Assembly: GCA_963932905.1 (NCBI GenBank)
Contig: CAWVRN010000019.1
Span: 20,219 to 84,218 of the forward strand
Direction: 5' to 3'
From: an uncultured Bdellovibrio sp.
GTDB lineage: Bacteria; Bdellovibrionota; Bdellovibrionia; Bdellovibrionales; Bdellovibrionaceae
DNA: 64,000 nt
The notes under the pieces are model-generated. The model worked only from the letters and a program-made list of their open reading frames with translations. It had not been told where the DNA came from and did not search any database. Made by a program: the position numbers and the translations under genes. Position 1 is the stretch's first letter; every line of letters begins with the position of its first letter. Positions 56,824 through 64,000 of the stretch are shown here, piece by piece.

Positions 56824-58765
56824 TCCAGTCTCCAGACAGATATTTGCACAAACTCTTGTGCAAGAAAACGTCTCGACGGTTAATGTTTCTTTAAATGAAA
56901 TCAAGTCACCACAATTCAAATCAGGTGACTTGGAATCTGCCTCACTGATTATTATCAATCTTGCAAAACATGAACTCGAATATATCGCCGGTCGTATCGA
57001 TTTTAATTTGTTATCGACACCGGTCGTATTGGTTTTAAACAGTGCGGATATTGACATCACAGAGTGGATAAATCAACGCGGTGTTAGTTATTTTATCCAA
57101 GACGATAAAGCCGAAATTTTGGCGCGTTTAATCGAACTCTCTAAAACACGAATCCAAAGAAGAACCGTTATCAAACAAATCGCTGAGCAAAGCAAATCAG
57201 CCGACAATGTGGTGCAAGAGCAAGAAGAACAGATTATTGCTAAAACATTAGATATTGAACTTTCTAATCAGGAACAAAATCAGAAGCTCAAACGTGAACG
57301 ACAGTTATTGAAATTTCTAAAAGATATCGCGCTGGCCGATTTTTACGATTCTTTTCTAAGAAGCATTAGAAACGAATTTAAAGTTTTCCATGCACTGGGC
57401 GAGATTTTTTTAGTGGATCTAAAGTCGGACAGTAATCTATCAATTCTAAATTTGAAAGTTTCAGATTTGTGGCGCGAACACAAAATGCCTGCTGGACATG
57501 CGAATCCTATTTCAGATTTTCAGTCGGCCAAAAATTTATCGACTTTTTTTGCGAATTTGCTGCAGCGACCTTTTGGCAAAGTAGTTTCTATGCATTTAAA
57601 GGGAAACTATTTTTTGATTGTTGAAAGTCATTTAAGTGATATCCAAAATGTTCCGTTCCAAGAATTTTTTAATGATCGCCAAGAAATTTTGAAAATGGTT
57701 TTTGATAAAATCGACAACGAAGAAAAAATGAATAGTTTTTCTTTTCGTTGGGAAAAAATTTTTGATTTTATTAAAGATCCAATTGCCATTGTGGATGAAG
57801 ATTACAATGTCATCGCCCATAACGATGCTTTTCATCGCCAAGGTGATTTAAGAAAGTGCTACGAAGTCTTTGCTGGGGCTAATCAACCGTGTTCGGGATG
57901 TCCTCTTGAGCAAAACAAAAATTCAAGTGTAATGAAAAACGGAAACATAATAGTTGCGAACTCTGCGTTTGATGTGATGGCATTTGAACTGGGCCGTGCA
58001 CAAGGTTCCAAGCGTTCGTTTGTACATACATATAAAGATCAAACCGAAAGCAACAAGCTACAACTAGAGTTAATTCAGAAAAAGAAAATGGCAACGATCG
58101 GACGCCTGGCGGGGACTTTGTCACATGAATTAAACAATCCGCTGACGGGCATTCGATCGATGGCGCAGATTCTATTGAAAGATGCGACTCCCGAAACTCC
58201 GACTCATAAAGATCTAGTTGAAATCGAATCGGCGGCTCAACGTAGTTTATCGGTGATTAAAAATTTTATCGAATTTTCAGATAATAGAAATACTCGAATA
58301 GAATCGACAGATATTCATAGTTTAATTGATCGAACGATGCCGTTGATGAAAACGTCGCTGCGTAATCATGTGGTTATAAAAAATCTAAATGCAGACAAGT
58401 ACACGGCTCTAGTGAATCCACCCCTATTTCAGCAAGTGCTATTCAATTTGATGAAGAATGCAATTCAGGCGATGGCTGAAAAGGGTCGAATCACTATTGA
58501 AACGTATAACCCAGGCCCATCGACATTTAAAATTTCTATCTCGGATACCGGCAAAGGTATTCCTGTTTCTGTGCAGACTTTAATTTTTCAGCCATTTTTT
58601 ACGACCAAAGAAAAAACTCAAGGTAACGGGCTTGGCCTAAGCATCGTGCGAAGTATCGTCGAATCGTTTCAAGGCAAAATTTATTTTACCTCGCAAGAGG
58701 GGGTCGGTACCCAGTTCCACATTGAATTACCTTTAGCGAGCAGAAATGAAAATACTAGTCATTGA
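56726..58765 (+). CDS. Cytoplasmic sensor histidine kinase (NtrB-like) with Cys-containing PAS-like domain; start uncertain
   Basis: LSHELNNPL H-box, QVLFNLMKNAIQA N-box, DTGKGI, FFTTK, GNGLGL; CYEVF...PCSGCP. Confidence 0.92.
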   Translation: MFLKGKNQLNIYPEIAGLKLFPILVLGEDWPTSPVSRQIFAQTLVQENVSTVNVSLNEIKSPQFKSGDLESASLIIINLAKHELEYIAGRIDFNLLSTPVVLVLNSADIDITEWINQRGVSYFIQDDKAEILARLIELSKTRIQRRTVIKQIAEQSKSADNVVQEQEEQIIAKTLDIELSNQEQNQKLKRERQLLKFLKDIALADFYDSFLRSIRNEFKVFHALGEIFLVDLKSDSNLSILNLKVSDLWREHKMPAGHANPISDFQSAKNLSTFFANLLQRPFGKVVSMHLKGNYFLIVESHLSDIQNVPFQEFFNDRQEILKMVFDKIDNEEKMNSFSFRWEKIFDFIKDPIAIVDEDYNVIAHNDAFHRQGDLRKCYEVFAGANQPCSGCPLEQNKNSSVMKNGNIIVANSAFDVMAFELGRAQGSKRSFVHTYKDQTESNKLQLELIQKKKMATIGRLAGTLSHELNNPLTGIRSMAQILLKDATPETPTHKDLVEIESAAQRSLSVIKNFIEFSDNRNTRIESTDIHSLIDRTMPLMKTSLRNHVVIKNLNADKYTALVNPPLFQQVLFNLMKNAIQAMAEKGRITIETYNPGPSTFKISISDTGKGIPVSVQTLIFQPFFTTKEKTQGNGLGLSIVRSIVESFQGKIYFTSQEGVGTQFHIELPLASRNENTSH

Positions 58766-59099
58766 CGATGAAGTTTTAATTACCATGTCTTTAAAGCGTG
58801 CTTTGGAAAAACGCGGGCATGTGGTTGAGGTTGCTAACGGGGGTGTTTCGGGTTTAGAGGCCTGGCGCCGTATTCAGCCAGATCTGGTGGTTATTGACTT
58901 TATGATGCCAGATATGAATGCAGATCAGGTTTTGGCTGAAATTGGTGATCGTGGACACTCTAAGGTCGTTTTAATGTCGGCCTATCTTGGGGAAAAGTCA
59001 GGTGAAAAGCCCCCGCCGTTGCAAATCGAATTATTCATTAAAAAACCTTTTGAGAATATCTTTGATATATGCGACTTAATCGAGAAAGCCGCAGGATAG
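58746..59099 (+). CDS. Single-domain response regulator
   Basis: ILVIDDE, VIDFMMP, KKPF. Confidence 0.93.
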   Translation: MKILVIDDEVLITMSLKRALEKRGHVVEVANGGVSGLEAWRRIQPDLVVIDFMMPDMNADQVLAEIGDRGHSKVVLMSAYLGEKSGEKPPPLQIELFIKKPFENIFDICDLIEKAAG

Positions 59100-59103
59100 T
59101 CGT

Positions 59104-59679
59104 ATGAGAATCATATCAGGAAAATATAAAGGTCACCATTTAGTTCCATTCAAGGGTGATCATTTACGGCCCACTACCGATCGTGTTAAAGAAGCTCTTT
59201 TTAATAAAATTCAATTCGAAATTGAAGGGTCCATTGTCCTGGATATTTTCTCAGGAACAGGAAATCTAGGTTTAGAAGCGATCTCGCGTGGTGCTGAAAA
59301 AGTTGTGTTTGTGGACGAGAATCCTCGTTCTATTGAAATTTTAAGAAAAAATATAGAAAAATTAAAAGTTGAAAAGGGTAGCTACGAAATTGTAACTTCA
59401 GATGCTTTTCGTTTTTTGAAAAAAGCTAATGATAGAAAATTTGGATTTATTTTTATTGATCCTCCGTTTACACAAAAAATGGCCCACGATGTGATGGAAG
59501 CTTTAGATAAGACAAATATCTTTGGTCCGGAAACTTTTATCTCTATTGAATCTCAAAAAAAAGAACGCATGGAAGCGGAATACAGTCGCCTGATTCGTTT
59601 TGACTTTCGCGATTACGGCGACAAAGTCCTTTCGTTTTTCAAGGCAAAGGAGTCATCAGATGACCAAAGCAAAGAATAG
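59104..59679 (+). CDS. rsmD: 16S rRNA m2G966 methyltransferase RsmD
   Basis: MRIISG, RPTTDRVKEALFN, LDIFSGTGNLGLEAISRGA, DPPF. Confidence 0.96.
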   Translation: MRIISGKYKGHHLVPFKGDHLRPTTDRVKEALFNKIQFEIEGSIVLDIFSGTGNLGLEAISRGAEKVVFVDENPRSIEILRKNIEKLKVEKGSYEIVTSDAFRFLKKANDRKFGFIFIDPPFTQKMAHDVMEALDKTNIFGPETFISIESQKKERMEAEYSRLIRFDFRDYGDKVLSFFKAKESSDDQSKE

Positions 59680-60181
59680 AAAAAAAGTCGGCCATCAAGT
59701 CGTATATCCAGGAAGCTTTGATCCCATTACGATGGGCCATGTGGATATTATTAAACGTCTTTGTAAATCGTTTGATAGAGTAGTTGTCCTAGTGGCTAAC
59801 AATGCTCAAAAAAGTTTTTTGTTCACAGCGGAAGAACGCAAAGACCTGATTTTAAAAGCTCTGAAGAATACGGACAATTTGAAGGTCGATATTTTCGGCG
59901 GTCTTACTGTAGATTACATGAAAGTTAAAAAAATCGATAAAATTGTCAGAGGATTACGAGCGGTCGTAGATTTCGAATATGAAATGACGATGGCGAATAT
60001 CAATCGTAGGCTAGCTCCCAACATCGAGACATTGCTTGTCTTCGCTAGTCCCGAGTATTACTATGTAAGCTCCCGAGGCGTGAAGGAAGTAGCTCTAAAT
60101 GGGGGATCCCTAAAGGGCCTAGTTCCTGAAGCCGTAAAAAAACCATTAAACGAGAAACTGAAAAAATTTAAAAAGGATTAA
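59660..60181 (+). CDS. coaD: Phosphopantetheine adenylyltransferase (ATG 59660)
   Basis: YPGSFDPITMGHVDII, RGLRAVVDFEYE, SSRGVKE. Confidence 0.97.
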   Translation: MTKAKNRKKVGHQVVYPGSFDPITMGHVDIIKRLCKSFDRVVVLVANNAQKSFLFTAEERKDLILKALKNTDNLKVDIFGGLTVDYMKVKKIDKIVRGLRAVVDFEYEMTMANINRRLAPNIETLLVFASPEYYYVSSRGVKEVALNGGSLKGLVPEAVKKPLNEKLKKFKKD

Positions 60182-60183
60182 CT

Positions 60184-61395
60184 ATGCTTTCTAAGCGTGC
60201 GTTAAATTTAAAGCCGTCTCCCACATTATCGTTAGTAGCGAAAGCCAAAGATCTGCAAGCCAAGGGTCACGATGTGATTTCGTTGACTGTAGGCGAACCA
60301 GACTGGGCAACCTTCAAGAAACCATCGGATGCGGGTATTGAAGCGATTCAAAAAAATATTACAAAATACACGCCGGCGAATGGAACTTTAGATTTAAGAA
60401 AACGCATTGCTGAAAATGCAAAGAAAGAATTCGGAGTTGAATACGCGGCGACACAAGTCACCGTTGGTTCTGGAGCAAAATTTATTATCTTTGCAGCCCT
60501 TCAAATGCTGTGCAATCCTGGCGATGAGGTGATCATTCATTCCCCATACTGGGTGAGTTACCCAACAATGGTGGAATTGGCAGATGGCGTTCCCGTGATC
60601 ATCACATGCGACGAAAAAGAAAATTACAAATTAACTCCGGCTCAGTTAGAAAAAGCGATCACACCAAAAACAAAAGCATTTTTGTTTTGCTCACCAAGTA
60701 ACCCGACAGGTTTGATGTACACGAAACAAGAACTTCAGGCATTTGCTGAAGTCTTCAGAAAACATCCGAATGTAGTAATTTTATCTGATGATATCTACAA
60801 TCGCTTGGTGTTCTCTCCAAGTGACCGTGTTAACGGTGTAGCACCACATTTGTTGCATGTCGCACCTGATTTGAAAGATCGCTTGGTGTCTATCAATGGT
60901 GGATCTAAATCATTCTCGATGACAGGATGGCGTATTGGCTGGGCAATGGGGCCACAAAAACTAATCACCGCGATGGCCGACTATCAAAGCCAGTCGACAG
61001 GTTCTGCGTCCAGCATTTCTCAGCACGCTGTTTTAACGGCACTGACTGAATGTGATGCGGACATTGAGCAAACGAATAAAACTTTGTTAGATCGAAAACA
61101 AAAAGCTATGACTGAATTGGCCCGTGTAAAAGGATTCAAATTAAGTGATCCTCCGGGTGCATTCTACCTTTGGGTAAATATCAAAGCCTACCTGGGTAAG
61201 AAATTTGATGGCGTAACAATCGAAAACGATAAAATGTTCGGTGATATTCTATTAGAGAAATATTTCGTAGCTACCGTGCCAGGTATCGAATGTGGTAACC
61301 AAGGTTATTTGCGTTTGAGTTTTGCCACTTCCGTTGAAAAAATGAAAGCGGCAGTGGATAGAATGGTCGAATTTACTTCTAAGATTCAAGTATAA
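60184..61395 (+). CDS. aspC: Aspartate aminotransferase (class I PLP-dependent)
   Basis: GEPD, PYWVSY, SPSNPTG, SDDIY, SKSFSMTGWRIG. Confidence 0.92.
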   Translation: MLSKRALNLKPSPTLSLVAKAKDLQAKGHDVISLTVGEPDWATFKKPSDAGIEAIQKNITKYTPANGTLDLRKRIAENAKKEFGVEYAATQVTVGSGAKFIIFAALQMLCNPGDEVIIHSPYWVSYPTMVELADGVPVIITCDEKENYKLTPAQLEKAITPKTKAFLFCSPSNPTGLMYTKQELQAFAEVFRKHPNVVILSDDIYNRLVFSPSDRVNGVAPHLLHVAPDLKDRLVSINGGSKSFSMTGWRIGWAMGPQKLITAMADYQSQSTGSASSISQHAVLTALTECDADIEQTNKTLLDRKQKAMTELARVKGFKLSDPPGAFYLWVNIKAYLGKKFDGVTIENDKMFGDILLEKYFVATVPGIECGNQGYLRLSFATSVEKMKAAVDRMVEFTSKIQV

Positions 61396-61420
61396 GTATT
61401 TTTGCTGTAGAGACTTAAAT

Positions 61421-61452
61421 AAAAAAGGGACTTAATCGCTAAGTCCCTTGCT
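61421..61452. terminator. Terminator between convergent genes (U-tract on minus strand)
   Basis: AAGGGACTTA / TAAGTCCCTT stem with A-run on the 5' side. Confidence 0.75.
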
Positions 61453-61476
61453 TTCCTTACTTAATAGTTGCTCGGT

Positions 61477-62715
61477 CTAAAACCAAGACTTAAACCAATT
61501 AACTACTTTTGCCCAGAAACCCAGTTCTTCAGTACCTACTGAATTTGGGACGCGGTTGTTCGAAGCTAAACTACATTTATATTTTGCCACGATCGTAGAG
61601 CCTGCTTTTACACTTGGATTGAAAATCAAACTCTGACCTTGAATACTAGTCGCTACAGTTTGTGCCGGTGTAATAGTGACTGCCACATTATTACTGACTG
61701 GATTACATTCAAGCGGCATAGAGTCTAACGAATCATTGATGACGGTGTTGAAGAAATTCAAATTATTGTAGTAATCAGTATCACAGATCGATCCAATTCC
61801 ACCACCCGTAATGCCAGACAGTTCAGCGTATTTACGACCGTAGTGAGCTTTAGTTCCTTGTCCATCTTGAGCCGATAAACAAGTAGTATCGTCCGCCTTA
61901 ACAATAATTGAGTTTGCGCGGAAACGAATGTCGGCGCCTAGTTTCTCTTTTACTTTATCGACAAGAGCACTTGGCGTGTCGTCATCCTCTAGCGCTTTAT
62001 ATTCGCCAGAATAGTATTGGTCAGCCGATCGGCCACCTACGCTGCGTTCGTCCTCGTCAGAAATATAAATCTGTGCATGAGCCGCACCAGCACGATAACA
62101 TTTATTATAGTCTTTGTAGTTTGCATGCCAGTAGGCAGCTTTAATACCACGTTCATCATTTGTATTTTGTGAACCAGTCGCGACGTTGTTTTCAAGAGTG
62201 TATCTAAAGATGGCCGGTAGGTTCGCACCGTCTTGACGTTTTAAAATCCAGTTTTCAGTCGGGTTGTAGTAGGTCGTTGCACTACTGTTAGATGTTGTTC
62301 CCCAGCTAACAGATAGGCCCCAATAGTTGTAGCTGTTGATAGTTGCGTAAGTCGTAGTAACTAAACACATTTGCCAATCGATGGCAGCACTTTCCAATTG
62401 CGATACAAATGTTGTTAAGCGATCGGCTAACTTGATGTTGTCTGCATTCATTGAGCTTGAATTATCCACGATGAGTAAGATGTCGACTTTATCTTGATTC
62501 GCTTGAACAACGTGAGTTGTGGTTACGTCACGAGTTGCGCCAGTGCCTGGATCTACTGGATCAGGATCTGAGCCTGGAGGCACATTCCTTTGATTCGGAT
62601 CATCCGTCGCCGGCGTTTGATTTGAACTGGAAGAAAACTTCACTGGTCCGCAGGCAATAAAGGACAAAAGGATAAACCCAGAAAGTAATGCAAAAAATAT
62701 TTTTGATATTTTCAT
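61477..62715 (-). CDS. vWA (MIDAS) domain lipoprotein
   Basis: Lipobox FIA-C; VDILLIVDNSSSM DxSxS; ISDEDE; ITGGGIGSIC. Confidence 0.8.
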   Translation of the reverse strand: MKISKIFFALLSGFILLSFIACGPVKFSSSSNQTPATDDPNQRNVPPGSDPDPVDPGTGATRDVTTTHVVQANQDKVDILLIVDNSSSMNADNIKLADRLTTFVSQLESAAIDWQMCLVTTTYATINSYNYWGLSVSWGTTSNSSATTYYNPTENWILKRQDGANLPAIFRYTLENNVATGSQNTNDERGIKAAYWHANYKDYNKCYRAGAAHAQIYISDEDERSVGGRSADQYYSGEYKALEDDDTPSALVDKVKEKLGADIRFRANSIIVKADDTTCLSAQDGQGTKAHYGRKYAELSGITGGGIGSICDTDYYNNLNFFNTVINDSLDSMPLECNPVSNNVAVTITPAQTVATSIQGQSLIFNPSVKAGSTIVAKYKCSLASNNRVPNSVGTEELGFWAKVVNWFKSWF

Positions 62716-62739
62716 AACGTTTTTAACTCCATACAGACC

Positions 62740-62766
62740 TTATCGTTTATTTTTACTACAACTTTA
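62740..62766 (-). promoter_or_regulatory. Candidate sigma28 promoter for the vWA lipoprotein
   Basis: Minus strand TAAA-N15-AACGATAA, then SD GGAG and ATG. Confidence 0.6.
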
Positions 62767-62899
62767 ATGTTATCAGCTATTTAGGAATGACGAAAGTCGA
62801 GGTAGGGCATTTCTAAACCTATTGCTAGTTAAATGAACCATAAAACTAACCAGACTTGTGGCGAATCCAGTCATTACTTAAAATGAAAGGAGAAGGGCG

Positions 62900-63955
62900 A
62901 TGGATAGCCTTGAGGAGTATCAAGTGGGTATTACGTATTTAATTCTGATTATTTTCCAAGTTGTTTCAGTGGCAGCGATCGCGACGTTGTGGGTACGTAT
63001 TACTAAAATTCAAAATCAAGAAGATCAACGGTTAAGTAAAGGCCTTCAATTGCTACAAAGTAAATTGGCAGTATTAGAGGATCTTTCTGATCGAACGGAA
63101 ATTCAAGTGAATCAATTGATCGCGATTCTTGAAGGAAAAATCAGAGATATACAAGAAAAAATGATCGATGCCGACAAAGTAGTTTCTAAAATCGAAAGAA
63201 ATATTGCCAAGAGTTTAGAAGTGGCGAATATCTTTCAAGATAAAATTCCACATCAAGAAATTTTAGAGCGCCAGTACACTAAAAAATACGTAAAAGCGGC
63301 TCAGATGGCCCATTCGGGACAATCAGTAGAACAAATAGCCAGTGTGATCGATTTAACTCGTGGTGAAATAGAACTTATTGTGAAATTGAATCGCGACCAT
63401 TTGCAATTTGAGGCCAGTGAATTGCCTGAGTGGGCAAAAGAAGAGTTGGGTGATAATGATACTCGGGATTTGGATCTAAATGTTCCCACGATTTTTGAAG
63501 CAAAGACGGAGTCTCATAACCCATTAAGGAATTTGGAAACGGCGTTTGAAGTTCCTCGTGTAGACAATCAAAATCTTAAAAAGTTAGGTGATCAATTCCG
63601 CTCTGCCATGGCAGCTCAGACGCCGGTCAAGATGGAAACTCCGGCGGAAACAGCGCCGGCTGGCCAGTCACAGGTAACGGCCTCAGTGCAACCGCAGGTT
63701 AGAGGCAATCAAACGACTGCGCAAGCGAAAGGCAGAATAGAAACGCCTCAAGCACCAAATGCATTCTCTAAACGTGCGGCGGAAATTAACAATGAAATCA
63801 TCAATACATTCTCGCAATTTTTTGATGTACCCAATGAAACTCAAGCGAAAACCCAGTCTGCAAATAGAAGCGAAGAAGTCATCGTTCAAGGTGGTAAAAA
63901 GATGACGGTAAAACCCTTCCAATTTAAAAGAATTGAAGGTGATGCTAGTGTTTAA
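62900..63955 (+). CDS. DUF2802-like membrane-anchored coiled-coil protein
   Basis: N-terminal TM, coiled coil, YVKAAQMAHSGQSVEQIASVIDLTRGEIELI HTH-like motif. Confidence 0.75.
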   Translation: MDSLEEYQVGITYLILIIFQVVSVAAIATLWVRITKIQNQEDQRLSKGLQLLQSKLAVLEDLSDRTEIQVNQLIAILEGKIRDIQEKMIDADKVVSKIERNIAKSLEVANIFQDKIPHQEILERQYTKKYVKAAQMAHSGQSVEQIASVIDLTRGEIELIVKLNRDHLQFEASELPEWAKEELGDNDTRDLDLNVPTIFEAKTESHNPLRNLETAFEVPRVDNQNLKKLGDQFRSAMAAQTPVKMETPAETAPAGQSQVTASVQPQVRGNQTTAQAKGRIETPQAPNAFSKRAAEINNEIINTFSQFFDVPNETQAKTQSANRSEEVIVQGGKKMTVKPFQFKRIEGDASV

Positions 63956-64000
63956 GAACTGGCTCCTTAGCTTGCGGCTAAGAAGCTAAATTCTATTGGA

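Noticed and set aside
1..64000. CRISPR arrays, tRNA/rRNA, transposases, prophage genes
   Set aside because: No regularly spaced direct repeats, cloverleaf or rRNA signatures, or mobile-element ORFs seen by eye

Overview
An approximately 40% GC, gene-dense chromosomal window. Gene content and order indicate a predatory Bdellovibrionota bacterium (Bdellovibrio/Pseudobdellovibrio-like); this is inference, not a database result. It holds the flagellar export and regulatory operon fliL-M-N-O-P-Q-R-flhB-A-F-G-fliA, three short flagellins, and fliD-fliS-fliT-like. A sigma54-type operon encodes a TPR protein, a Maf-N-terminal-like protein, two GT9 glycosyltransferases, a helical protein, a histidine kinase and a receiver. 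Also present are maf-yggS-proC/divIVA-yggU, an orphan tadC with DUF192, three FHA/TPR membrane proteins and a PP2C-like pseudo-enzyme, a MotA/TolQ/ExbB plus ExbD/TolR pair, pssA, asd, lysC, rsmD, coaD, aspC, and many exported hypothetical proteins. No rRNA, tRNA, CRISPR array, transposase or integrase is recognisable. The most notable observations are: (1) a 1174-aa lipoprotein apparently combining a catalytically degenerate Fic domain with an R-STT-QxE ADP-ribosyltransferase core, encoded behind an exported phospholipase D (candidate prey-intoxication locus); (2) an apparently split Maf/GT9 flagellar glycosylation operon; (3) long, structured sigma28-driven flagellin leaders; (4) long inverted-repeat elements and shared regulatory motifs. 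All domain calls come from reading motifs by eye and need HMM or structure confirmation.
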